A stretch of 64,000 nucleotides of DNA. It comes from Acutalibacteraceae bacterium. GTDB lineage: Bacteria > Bacillota > Clostridia > Oscillospirales > Acutalibacteraceae. Location of the stretch: positions 341 through 64,340 of the forward strand of contig JAZLDN010000052.1 of the NCBI GenBank assembly GCA_045614765.1, in the 5' to 3' direction. Shown here in pieces: positions 47,517 through 55,966 of this stretch; positions within the stretch are counted from its first letter, which is position 1, and each line of letters opens with the position of its first letter. Both the position numbers and the translations under genes were made by a program. The notes below the pieces were generated by a model. The model saw only the letters and a program-made list of their open reading frames with translations, was not told where the DNA came from and searched no databases.

Positions 47517-49646
47517 TTACAGCCAGAATTCTACAAGATGTTTAATGTAGCCAAATGTTGCAGGACTCTGTGTATCTATTGTAACATCTGCCACAGAAAA
47601 AACAAGACAAAACGTGTATACTATGCTGAAAATTGTCGAAATGAATAATAAGGAAGTGAAAATTTTGTTGGTTTCTTCGGTATTGACATTGTTGAAAATT
47701 GCAAAAATTACCAATGAAGCAGCAATAAAGAATATATAGCCAAAATCACTGAAATATCTTTGCAATAAACCGCCTGCCTGAGTATCTGCAATAACTGTTG
47801 CGAAGCCTATAAGAAGAGTAACAATTGTGAAGCCTAAAAGCTTGTGCTTTTTAAGTGAATCCTTGGCTTTGGGCAGTGCACCGATAAACCACAAAACAGG
47901 TGTGCAGGTTATAAGTCCACCAAAGCAATATTCATATATGGTTTTGCCTACATAGTTAGTTTCAATGGTTGCCTTTTCAATAAATGGGAAGGTTGCGGTG
48001 AAATTCGGCGTCTGGAAAAGGTAGGTGAAAAGACCTAAACCTGTTCTGCCTATTTCAAAGCCACGGCGTGTAACGTCGTTTGTGGTAAGATTATAGCCTG
48101 AGCCGAAATCAAAAGGCGAGCCGAAACGAATAAAGTTATAGTACATAATGCCTGCTGCAACAACTACAAATGGTACAGCTAACACAACAAGATTTTTTAT
48201 TCCTTTTGAAGTAGCAATTTTCTTGTTTTTGAAGAAGAAATCCCAGAACAGAGGAAGGGCTAGTGCGCACATAAGCACGCTTTGTGGTCTGCAGCCTACA
48301 GCAAGGGCGCAGCATAATGAACCGATAAATAAATATAAGTTCTGTTTGTTTTCTGAATCTCTACCCTTAAGCCACCAGTAAATTCCCCATACAATAAATG
48401 CCATAGCACAGATTATAGGTACTGAATAAAAATCAGGCCTTTTTACAAGGAACATAGCACCGCAGCAATTTATGAAGCTGAGGGCGGTGAGGAGATATGT
48501 GCCAATAGAAAGCTTCTTGAAATTCTTTTCTGCAATTATTTCCAATAGCTTAAATACACCAAGAGCAAAAATTGTAGCAAATGCAATTATTCCAAAAGCA
48601 GAAGGGAATGGTGCATCAAAAACTGCCCTGAAAGGAAGATACATTAAAAGAAGAGGGACTATACCGAAATACACGTAGTAGTGGCCATTATAAAAAGCTA
48701 CATCCCAACGATAATGGTCTCCCGTAAGCTGAGCATTAAGACTTCTTGCAGTTGTATCATATGGGTTTTCCATATTGAGTAATGACTCAGGTACATCGTC
48801 GTTGTCGATGTATGTTTTACCCTGAAGAAAAGCCTGGGCAAGCTCGTCATACTGGTTATGGTTTTCTATACGAAGAGGCACAAAGCTGAGTCCATTTTCA
48901 TCACCCGATAAACCTAAAAATGCAGGGTTAAGTGTGCCGATAATCATAAAAATCACGCATTGGAGTGCCATGAAGCCTGCTATAAATGAGACTTTTGAAT
49001 CCTTTGCATCTCTTAACTTGGTTTTATAAAGAGGTGATGACGGGCGGAAAATGTAAAACAATAATAAAATTGCAGATAGAATACCCAGCCTTACAAAAGA
49101 AAAATCAAAATCTCTTTTTTCATTTATTGAAATTGATTTTATTTTAAGAATATATTCTTTGCAGTCTAATCGTAATTTCAGGTGATTTGATGCGCCTGAT
49201 GTCGCAACAGAGATATACTGACTATTATCAACATCCTTGTATATAGTGCGTGAAGGTGTGCCGAAATAATATTCGTTTGCTTCGTCTGTCAGGTAAACAG
49301 TAGCTTTAACGCTTTTTGGAGCATCATTACCTAAAACTATTTTTATGTTTTCAATTTCTGTGTTGATTTCAGGGAACTCAATTTCTTTATCACCTAATAA
49401 GGTGTATTCTCCGTTATGGTCAGTAGCTTCACCTAAAAAGTGGGTCAGGTCTGTGGCCTCGTAGTTCTTGGTGGTGTAGTAATTTATATTGAAAATAGAA
49501 ACTTCAAGACCTACGCAGAAAATAATTATTGCAAGAATTGCAAGAGCTACTCTTTTGTTAAAAGTTTTTGTGCTCTTGCTTTTTTTATATATTAAAACTG
49601 CAATGGCTGAAAACACCAATAGTGCAAAAATGCAAATAAAAATCAT
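47517..49646 (-). CDS. 709-aa polytopic membrane protein with a ~150-aa extracytoplasmic N-proximal domain (possible GT-C-type glycosyltransferase)
   Basis: At least 12 hydrophobic segments. AAGGAG RBS. No catalytic motif that I can name. Confidence 0.4.
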   Translation of the reverse strand: MIFICIFALLVFSAIAVLIYKKSKSTKTFNKRVALAILAIIIFCVGLEVSIFNINYYTTKNYEATDLTHFLGEATDHNGEYTLLGDKEIEFPEINTEIENIKIVLGNDAPKSVKATVYLTDEANEYYFGTPSRTIYKDVDNSQYISVATSGASNHLKLRLDCKEYILKIKSISINEKRDFDFSFVRLGILSAILLLFYIFRPSSPLYKTKLRDAKDSKVSFIAGFMALQCVIFMIIGTLNPAFLGLSGDENGLSFVPLRIENHNQYDELAQAFLQGKTYIDNDDVPESLLNMENPYDTTARSLNAQLTGDHYRWDVAFYNGHYYVYFGIVPLLLMYLPFRAVFDAPFPSAFGIIAFATIFALGVFKLLEIIAEKNFKKLSIGTYLLTALSFINCCGAMFLVKRPDFYSVPIICAMAFIVWGIYWWLKGRDSENKQNLYLFIGSLCCALAVGCRPQSVLMCALALPLFWDFFFKNKKIATSKGIKNLVVLAVPFVVVAAGIMYYNFIRFGSPFDFGSGYNLTTNDVTRRGFEIGRTGLGLFTYLFQTPNFTATFPFIEKATIETNYVGKTIYEYCFGGLITCTPVLWFIGALPKAKDSLKKHKLLGFTIVTLLIGFATVIADTQAGGLLQRYFSDFGYIFFIAASLVIFAIFNNVNTEETNKIFTSLLFISTIFSIVYTFCLVFSVADVTIDTQSPATFGYIKHLVEFWL

Positions 49647-49761
49647 TTTGTTTCTCCTTAAAAAGGTTTTTAATGGTATACATAATTAAAACATAAAAAC
49701 ATTTTTTTGTAAATATTTCTACTACAAAGGGCATATATTTCATTGATAAGTGAGGGATATT

Positions 49762-50664
49762 ATGAAAAAATTCAATGAAATCAAAGAGCCTACATATGAT
49801 TATATCACGAAATATTTGCAGAATTTAAAGGATGAGTATCCTTTTTTGAATCTTGCATCATGCGGTAAATCTGTTATGGGTAAAGATGTACTGGCCCTTT
49901 GTATAGGTGAGGGTAAAAGACGTGTTATGTATGTTGGCGGTACACATGCTAACGAGTGGATAACAACGCTTTTCCTTTTGAGGTTTTGCCAGATTTTTTG
50001 CCAGACAGTTAAAATAAAAGATGAGATTTACGGCTTTAATGCTCAAAAAATATTATCACAAATTAAGTTTGTGGTGATTCCTTGTCTTAATCCCGACGGT
50101 ACCGATATTTTTATAAAAGGTGTATCTGCTTGTGGTGAGTTTAAAGAGCAGATTTATGACATCAGTAAGTTCGATTTTTCTCAGTGGACAGCAAACGCCA
50201 ATGGAGTTGACCTGAATCACAATTTTAATGCAGATTGGTACGCTCTGCGTGATTACGAAGCAAAGAATAATATTTTGAAGCCATCACCGAGAAGATATGG
50301 TGGAGCCTTTCCTGAAAGTGAGCCTGAAACAAAAGCGCTCACAGAATTTTTAAGGAAAGTACATTTCCACAGATTGTACTCTTTTCATTCTCAAGGTGAG
50401 GAGATTTTCTATGAGTATGGAAAAAGCACACCCGAAAAGTCTCTTTTTATTGCAAAAGCGCTTGCAGGTGTCAGCGGATATACTCTTGTTAAAAATGAGG
50501 GGCATTATAGTAGCGGCGGCTTGAAGGATTGGTTTATTGAAGAATTTAAAGAGCCTGCATTTACAATTGAAATAGGTAAAGGGAAAAATCCATTGCCTTT
50601 AGAAAATTTTGACGAAATTTACGAAACGGTAGAGCCGTTGGCAGTGTTGGGGTTGATGCTATGA
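49762..50664 (+). CDS. M14-family zinc carboxypeptidase / gamma-D-glutamyl-(L)-diamino acid peptidase-like
   Basis: 'GGTHANEW' (HxxE zinc site) and 'SFHSQGE'. GAGGGA RBS before the ATG at 49762. Confidence 0.75.
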   Translation: MKKFNEIKEPTYDYITKYLQNLKDEYPFLNLASCGKSVMGKDVLALCIGEGKRRVMYVGGTHANEWITTLFLLRFCQIFCQTVKIKDEIYGFNAQKILSQIKFVVIPCLNPDGTDIFIKGVSACGEFKEQIYDISKFDFSQWTANANGVDLNHNFNADWYALRDYEAKNNILKPSPRRYGGAFPESEPETKALTEFLRKVHFHRLYSFHSQGEEIFYEYGKSTPEKSLFIAKALAGVSGYTLVKNEGHYSSGGLKDWFIEEFKEPAFTIEIGKGKNPLPLENFDEIYETVEPLAVLGLML

Positions 50665-50912
50665 AATGTACTGTAACAGACCTGAGAGCAAAAGAGGTTG
50701 TGAATATCGAAAACGGTTGTCGCCTTGGTTGCGTAACAGATGTGGGTATAGATACGTGCACAGGTTGCCTTGTAAGTATAACTGTTTTCTGCGGTAAGGG
50801 CTTTTGCGGTTTTTTCGGCAGAGGTGAGGAGATTGTAATCTGCTGGAAGGATATTGTAGTAATTGGCGACGATACAATTTTGGTCCGCAAAGGAGGCGGC
50901 AGAATAGGATAA
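50661..50912 (+). CDS. YlmC/YmxH-family sporulation protein (PRC-barrel)
   Basis: 'DLRAKEVVNIENGCRLGCVTDV' is typical of the family. ATGA overlap with the upstream gene. Confidence 0.8.
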   Translation: MKCTVTDLRAKEVVNIENGCRLGCVTDVGIDTCTGCLVSITVFCGKGFCGFFGRGEEIVICWKDIVVIGDDTILVRKGGGRIG

Positions 50913-50940
50913 AATTACTTGTGCCTTGTATTTTTCAGCC

Positions 50941-50969
50941 TTGCCACCCATATTTATCTGTGATATAAT
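50941..50969 (+). promoter_or_regulatory. near-consensus sigma-A promoter with extended -10
   Basis: TTGCCA, 17-nt spacer, TGaTATAAT. Confidence 0.6.
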
Positions 50970-50998
50970 ACACTCAATCTAACACAGAGGTGGTTTTT

Positions 50999-52378
50999 GT
51001 GAAAAAGGCTATGAAAATAGTAGGATGCGTTTTTGGCGCAATTATTGCGATAGCTTTAATTTTTAGTATTGTAACAGGTTATGTTACATATCCGTTAAGC
51101 TTTTTGAAAAACTCGATCGATAATGAATATAAAATTCGTGAAAATGTTTCAGAGGTAACAAAAGTTTTGTATAGTGGTAAGCGTTTTAAAACAGAATGGT
51201 TCAATTATTACGGTATTAAATACACAAGTGAGGCGTATTATAAAGGTACCCTTACATATTTTGATGGTTTAAAGGAGATTTCTGAGGATTTTTTCCTTGA
51301 ACCTGCAGAAAATGGTGAGTTTTTCTCATTTATAGATGGATTCCTCGATGGCAAAAAAGCAAATGCAATTTGCGATATTCAGTTTGAATGTTTAGGTGAT
51401 GAGGAAAGTGATCTCGTTTTTTATGGAATATCCACCTTTAACAGAGATATTCCCGAAAACGAAGTTTTTATTGAGTCAACAGGTCATAAGTTAGGAATAG
51501 ACCTGCATTGGGGTGGCGCTCTCAGCTACCTTGAAGCTTTAGGTGAAAATGTTGAAGCAGTTTTTGTTGATGAAAGAATCAAGGTAGACTCTAATGCTTC
51601 CGAAAGATATAACGCGGAAGCTGTCAGCAAAAATGTAAACCTTATTAATCGTAACGATACAGGCAGACTTGTTCAACAGTCATATTACGGCACATTGGAT
51701 TATGATTTCGGTGTGTATATGGATAATGATTGGAGATATAATCCTGTTCAGGGTGGTAACCAGTTTAATGACGCAAGTAAAATTGTTGATTTGCGTATAA
51801 ACGAGAATTCTGTTTATGTTAAGTGCAGACCTCTTGATTGGGCAAAGGAAAAAGAGTTTATAACACCATCATATATGGAAGCTTCTTACTCTTTTGAGGG
51901 TGATTTAGTTCACGCTTCCTGCAGATTCGTTGATTTTTCAGGCTATCCTTCTGCAGCAAGCACTCAGGAAATACCCGCTTTTTATTGTATTGAACCTCTT
52001 AACAGATATGTGTATTATGGTGGGGACAAGCCTTGGAGTGAAGAGCCTCTTACTATAAGAGATGACCTTATCTTCTGGCCTGATGCAGGATATCCCAATT
52101 TTATATCAAAAGAGCATTGGTCTGCTTTTACAGGCGAATTTGATGATAGCTTTGGTATAGGTGTTTATGTTCCTGATGAAACAACTTTCCTTTCAGGTGT
52201 TTACGAAAAAGGCAAAACTACAAATGAAGATCCATCAAAAGACGGACCTACATCATATATTGCCGTAGTTAAAGAAAGAGAATTCAAAAGTTTTGAACCA
52301 TTTTCCTATGACTATTACCTTGCTACAGGTACAGCAGAAAAAATACGTGCAGATTTCAAAACTATAGATAACAAATAA
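50999..52378 (+). CDS. TM-anchored hypothetical protein (~460 aa)
   Basis: AGAGGTGG RBS, then GTG at 50999. One N-terminal TM helix. No motif that I can name. Confidence 0.5.
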   Translation: MKKAMKIVGCVFGAIIAIALIFSIVTGYVTYPLSFLKNSIDNEYKIRENVSEVTKVLYSGKRFKTEWFNYYGIKYTSEAYYKGTLTYFDGLKEISEDFFLEPAENGEFFSFIDGFLDGKKANAICDIQFECLGDEESDLVFYGISTFNRDIPENEVFIESTGHKLGIDLHWGGALSYLEALGENVEAVFVDERIKVDSNASERYNAEAVSKNVNLINRNDTGRLVQQSYYGTLDYDFGVYMDNDWRYNPVQGGNQFNDASKIVDLRINENSVYVKCRPLDWAKEKEFITPSYMEASYSFEGDLVHASCRFVDFSGYPSAASTQEIPAFYCIEPLNRYVYYGGDKPWSEEPLTIRDDLIFWPDAGYPNFISKEHWSAFTGEFDDSFGIGVYVPDETTFLSGVYEKGKTTNEDPSKDGPTSYIAVVKEREFKSFEPFSYDYYLATGTAEKIRADFKTIDNK

Positions 52379-52390
52379 GGGGTGCGTATA

Positions 52391-54064
52391 ATGAAAAAGA
52401 AAATAATAATTTCAATTGTCGCAATTTTGCTTGTGGGGGCTATTGTAACTCTTGTGGTTATGCCACAAGGTATTTTGCAGGGCGGTGCGTCTGCACATTT
52501 TAATATAGGTTTATCTGAGAAAAATGGCGTGGCATCAAACGTTGTAAGTAACAACAATATCTGGCATATGGGTGAATCCTTTTTTGACCCTCAGGTGAAT
52601 GAAGAATACAATGTTTTTGAATTCGTAGAGTATGTTCAGCTTATGCAGTGCTCAGGCGGTACAGAGGACAGGGATTTATTTAAAGACCCTATGAATTTTG
52701 ATGTGCTTGATGACTATGATTTTGAACCACTCATTAAAAACTGTGCGGGTATTTTGAAATTAGGCGCAAAGCCACACCTTAAATTAGGTGGCGTTCCCCT
52801 TAAATATACAAAGGACTATCTTCAGGACGGTTTTGGTATGAATGTTTATCCGCCTGATGATTACAATGTGTACTACAATTATATTTACGCTTTAGCAGAT
52901 GCTCTTGTGCAGGAATTCGGTAAGGAAGAGGTTCTTTCCTGGCGCTTCGGTGTTATGACCGAATATGAAAACTGGGATTGGTTCAGAACAAAAAGTGAAG
53001 AGCCTGAGGATGCTGCCGTTGAATTCTGTAAGCTTTATGATTATACTGTTCAGGCGCTTATAGATGCTATAGGCGAAGATGTTTTTGTTGGCGCCCACTC
53101 AATGACAGTAACAGAAGGTCATTGGGATGAAGCAGAGTTTATTAAGCATATAGCAAAAGGCAAAAACTATGCAAACGGCAAAACAGGAACAAGAGTGTGC
53201 TTCCTTTCTGCATCCTTTTATGATTATTCCCCTGAAGAATATACAGAGGGCTTTACGCTTCCCGAAACAATAAATTATATTCGTACAGTAGCGGAGGAAA
53301 ACGGGCTCACAAACCTTATATATGGCGTTGATGAAGGTCGTTTACTTGTTGGCCTTGAAAGCGGTAAGGATAACGATGAACTGCTTTCAAGAACAGTTGG
53401 ATATACATATCAGGCGGCTTATGATGCACGTCTCTGGAAACAGTGCCTTGATAATAATATTGATTACTTTTCATCATGGGGCTTTCTTACAGGTGGTTTG
53501 AATCACGGTTTTCCCACAATTTCATACCATGTTGCTAAGAACGTGGCAGAGTTTAATGGTAGTGATATTGTTACAACATCTGTAAAAGAAAATCCAACAG
53601 AATTCAAAGTGGAAATGGATGCTGTTTCTGTTTACGATGAAGAGACAAAAACATTGCGCATAATGGCCTATAATTTCAAAAACGATTTAGATTATAAAGA
53701 AAAAGCAAACTTTAATTTTAGTGTTGATTTAAGTGGTTATGGCTTTGAAACTGCAAAAATCAGAACAATCTTTGTTGATGATAGCTGTAATTTCTTTGAC
53801 GAATGGCAGAAAGACAGGGAGAAATATAATATTACAAATGATGCTTTCAGCTGGTCGCCCGATGACCCTTGTCTTGATAGCGTTACTACACTTGCTGACC
53901 CTGATATGATTGAGCTTTATAAAACGGAGCTCAGAGATAAGTATATTGACTGTGCAAGAATTAACCCTGTAAACACAACAAAGAAAATAGAAAACAATGT
54001 GCTTTCTTTTGACAATATTGTTGCCGGGAACTCTGTTGTTTTTTATGAAATAACTTTTGAATAA
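52391..54064 (+). CDS. TM-anchored putative clan GH-A (GH39-like) glycoside hydrolase
   Basis: AAGGGGTG RBS before the ATG at 52391. The (beta/alpha)8-like pattern with 'WRFGVMTEYEN' resembles the acid/base strand of clan GH-A enzymes. The assignment is tentative. Confidence 0.4.
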   Translation: MKKKIIISIVAILLVGAIVTLVVMPQGILQGGASAHFNIGLSEKNGVASNVVSNNNIWHMGESFFDPQVNEEYNVFEFVEYVQLMQCSGGTEDRDLFKDPMNFDVLDDYDFEPLIKNCAGILKLGAKPHLKLGGVPLKYTKDYLQDGFGMNVYPPDDYNVYYNYIYALADALVQEFGKEEVLSWRFGVMTEYENWDWFRTKSEEPEDAAVEFCKLYDYTVQALIDAIGEDVFVGAHSMTVTEGHWDEAEFIKHIAKGKNYANGKTGTRVCFLSASFYDYSPEEYTEGFTLPETINYIRTVAEENGLTNLIYGVDEGRLLVGLESGKDNDELLSRTVGYTYQAAYDARLWKQCLDNNIDYFSSWGFLTGGLNHGFPTISYHVAKNVAEFNGSDIVTTSVKENPTEFKVEMDAVSVYDEETKTLRIMAYNFKNDLDYKEKANFNFSVDLSGYGFETAKIRTIFVDDSCNFFDEWQKDREKYNITNDAFSWSPDDPCLDSVTTLADPDMIELYKTELRDKYIDCARINPVNTTKKIENNVLSFDNIVAGNSVVFYEITFE

Positions 54065-54127
54065 TCAGAACATAATTGAAAGATTCCTCTCATATAGTTT
54101 TATAGAACTCTATGGGAGGATTTTTTT

Positions 54128-54394
54128 ATGTATAGTGATTATGAAGAGCGAGCAGTACAGCTGGGAAGATATATAGCGGATAGTAAATCAACTGTGCGTG
54201 CAACTGCAAAAAAATTTGGTGTTTCCAAATCCACAGTCCATACAGATATTACTGTAAGACTAAGACGTATAGACCCTGCACTTTTCGGAGAGGTGAGGAA
54301 GGTGCTCGATGTTAATAAGGAGGAACGCCATATAAGAGGCGGTATTGCAACAAGGGAGAAGTATAAAAAAGAGACTGTCGTTACCAGTAGGTAA
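54128..54394 (+). CDS. spoIIID: sporulation transcriptional regulator SpoIIID
   Basis: 'STVRATAKKFGVSKSTVHTDIT' HTH and 'HIRGG' motif. 88 aa. GGGAGGA RBS. Confidence 0.95.
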   Translation: MYSDYEERAVQLGRYIADSKSTVRATAKKFGVSKSTVHTDITVRLRRIDPALFGEVRKVLDVNKEERHIRGGIATREKYKKETVVTSR

Positions 54395-54461
54395 CAGTTG
54401 ACAAATATGAGAGGAAGCGGTATATTTAGGTTGTAAAAAACTTCGTAAAGCGAGGACAAAA

Positions 54462-55214
54462 ATGAAAAGATTTTTATTTGTTGCGTTAGCAATTATTATG
54501 GTTGTAGCTCTTGCTTCCTGTGGAAAAGACACTCCAGGTGGCAATATTGGCGATAAAAAAGGCAAGTATGATGAAAATGCTACAGAAAATATCGCTTCAG
54601 GCAATGTGAGTATTGATGAAGATACAGTAAAAGAGCTTCTTGGTGTATTTTCTCCTGACCAGACAGGGCTTTCAAATGATGTGTATGATTATGTGTTCGC
54701 ATTAAGTCCTGCTGTTTTCAATGGTGAGGCGGCTTGTAAGGCGGAGGCTTTTGCAGTAGGTCAGAAGGAAGCAGAAGGCATTTTCTATATCGTTGGTAGC
54801 ACCTGCTACAGATATGATAAAGCCCAGAATAAATACTATGTTCTTGCCCTTAGTGGTGCTATTGAAGTTAAGGCAGAGGTCGATGGTAAGGAAGGAACAA
54901 AAGCGGATGCTCAGAATTCAACATCTGCGCCTGCAACCACTCAGAAAACAGTTGACACAATAAATGATGAAAACAACTCTGTTATGCATAAAAGGTTTGC
55001 TAAATACGATTTAAGTGCTTTGGAGATTCCAAAACCGCTTTCTGAATATGAATTTCAGATGACAGGTACGCCTGTAACTACATCTGATGGTTCAACGGCT
55101 TTTGTTGTGTACCTTATGGAAGACGGGCAGTATACAAAATATACATTTGCTTTCAGCCCTGAAAAAGACTATTATTACGACCCTGCAGCAGACGAGTACA
55201 AACCTTTATCATAA
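54462..55214 (+). CDS. lipoprotein of unknown function
   Basis: Lipobox 'LASC'. GAGGA RBS. Confidence 0.6.
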   Translation: MKRFLFVALAIIMVVALASCGKDTPGGNIGDKKGKYDENATENIASGNVSIDEDTVKELLGVFSPDQTGLSNDVYDYVFALSPAVFNGEAACKAEAFAVGQKEAEGIFYIVGSTCYRYDKAQNKYYVLALSGAIEVKAEVDGKEGTKADAQNSTSAPATTQKTVDTINDENNSVMHKRFAKYDLSALEIPKPLSEYEFQMTGTPVTTSDGSTAFVVYLMEDGQYTKYTFAFSPEKDYYYDPAADEYKPLS

Positions 55215-55218
55215 GATA

Positions 55219-55266
55219 AAAATTACCGAGAGTTTACATTTAACGTAAACTCTCGGTTTTGTTTTG
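55219..55266. terminator. bidirectional rho-independent terminator
   Basis: 13-bp stem accgagagtttac/gtaaactctcggt. Confidence 0.85.
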
Positions 55267-55279
55267 TCATGTTGTTGTT

Positions 55280-55855
55280 TTATTTTATGATTTCTAAACC
55301 CTCAAGCAGTATTTTAAGTCCTAAAAGTATAAGTATTGCACCGCCGGCAAATTCTGCTTTGGATTTATATTTTGTTCCGAAGATATTGCCTATTTTTACA
55401 CCGATTGAAGAAAGTGTAAAGGTTATGATTCCAATTAAAATAAATGCAATGTAAACAAACCAATCAGGATTGAAGTCTGTAAATGCGAAGCTGACACCAA
55501 CTGCAAGTGCATCTATACTTGTTGCAATAGCCATAACAAGCATAGTTTTAAAGCCTAAAGAGTCGTTGCAGCATTCCTCTTCCTTGGAAAGAGATTCTTT
55601 TATCATGTTACCGCCTATAAGAGCAAGTAAGATAAATGCAATCCAATGGTCTATTGATGTTATTTTTTCAGCAAAAGTGTTGCCAAGCAAGTAGCCTATA
55701 AGAGGCATAAGCCCCTGGAAAGCACCAAACCATGCTCCAACAATCAGACAGTTTTTCAAGTTGATTTTTTTCAGCGCAAGCCCCTTGCACAATGCTACTG
55801 CGAAGGCATCCATTGATAAGCTTACGGCAAGTATAATGATTTCTGCAATGCCCAA
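55280..55855 (-). CDS. mntP: manganese efflux pump MntP
   Basis: '[10 protein letters not shown]' and the duplicated 'TSIDALAVG' half (DUF204 repeats). TTG start with GGGAG RBS. Confidence 0.9.
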   Translation of the reverse strand: MGIAEIIILAVSLSMDAFAVALCKGLALKKINLKNCLIVGAWFGAFQGLMPLIGYLLGNTFAEKITSIDHWIAFILLALIGGNMIKESLSKEEECCNDSLGFKTMLVMAIATSIDALAVGVSFAFTDFNPDWFVYIAFILIGIITFTLSSIGVKIGNIFGTKYKSKAEFAGGAILILLGLKILLEGLEIIK

Positions 55856-55876
55856 AATATCATCTCCCGTCGGGGT

Positions 55877-55904
55877 ATTATACCACAGTAAAAATATATG
55901 TCAA
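55877..55904 (-). promoter_or_regulatory. consensus sigma-A promoter of mntP
   Basis: On the minus strand: TTGACA, 16-nt spacer, TGgTATAAT. About 20 nt upstream of the start codon. Confidence 0.6.
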
Positions 55905-55966
55905 CCTAATTGATTTTATATTAACCCTTGTGGTATAGTAGTTTTAGTCTTTGTGGAGGTACTTTT

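Noticed and set aside
50561-50951. Three overlapping minus-strand ORFs (72-110 aa) opposite ylmC/ymxH
   Set aside because: They are antisense to a well-recognised conserved gene and have no RBS.
54065-54127. Sigma-E-type promoter upstream of spoIIID (TCATATA-like -35)
   Set aside because: I could not find a convincing CATACA-T -10 at the right spacing, so I have not called it.
54139-54604. 117-aa and 114-aa minus-strand ORFs
   Set aside because: They are antisense to spoIIID and the lipoprotein gene start, so they are shadow ORFs.
55856-55930. yybP-ykoY riboswitch upstream of mntP
   Set aside because: The promoter ends about 20 nt from the start codon, and the remaining spacer is too short for the conserved four-helix junction. 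I saw no GGGGAGUAG-type core.
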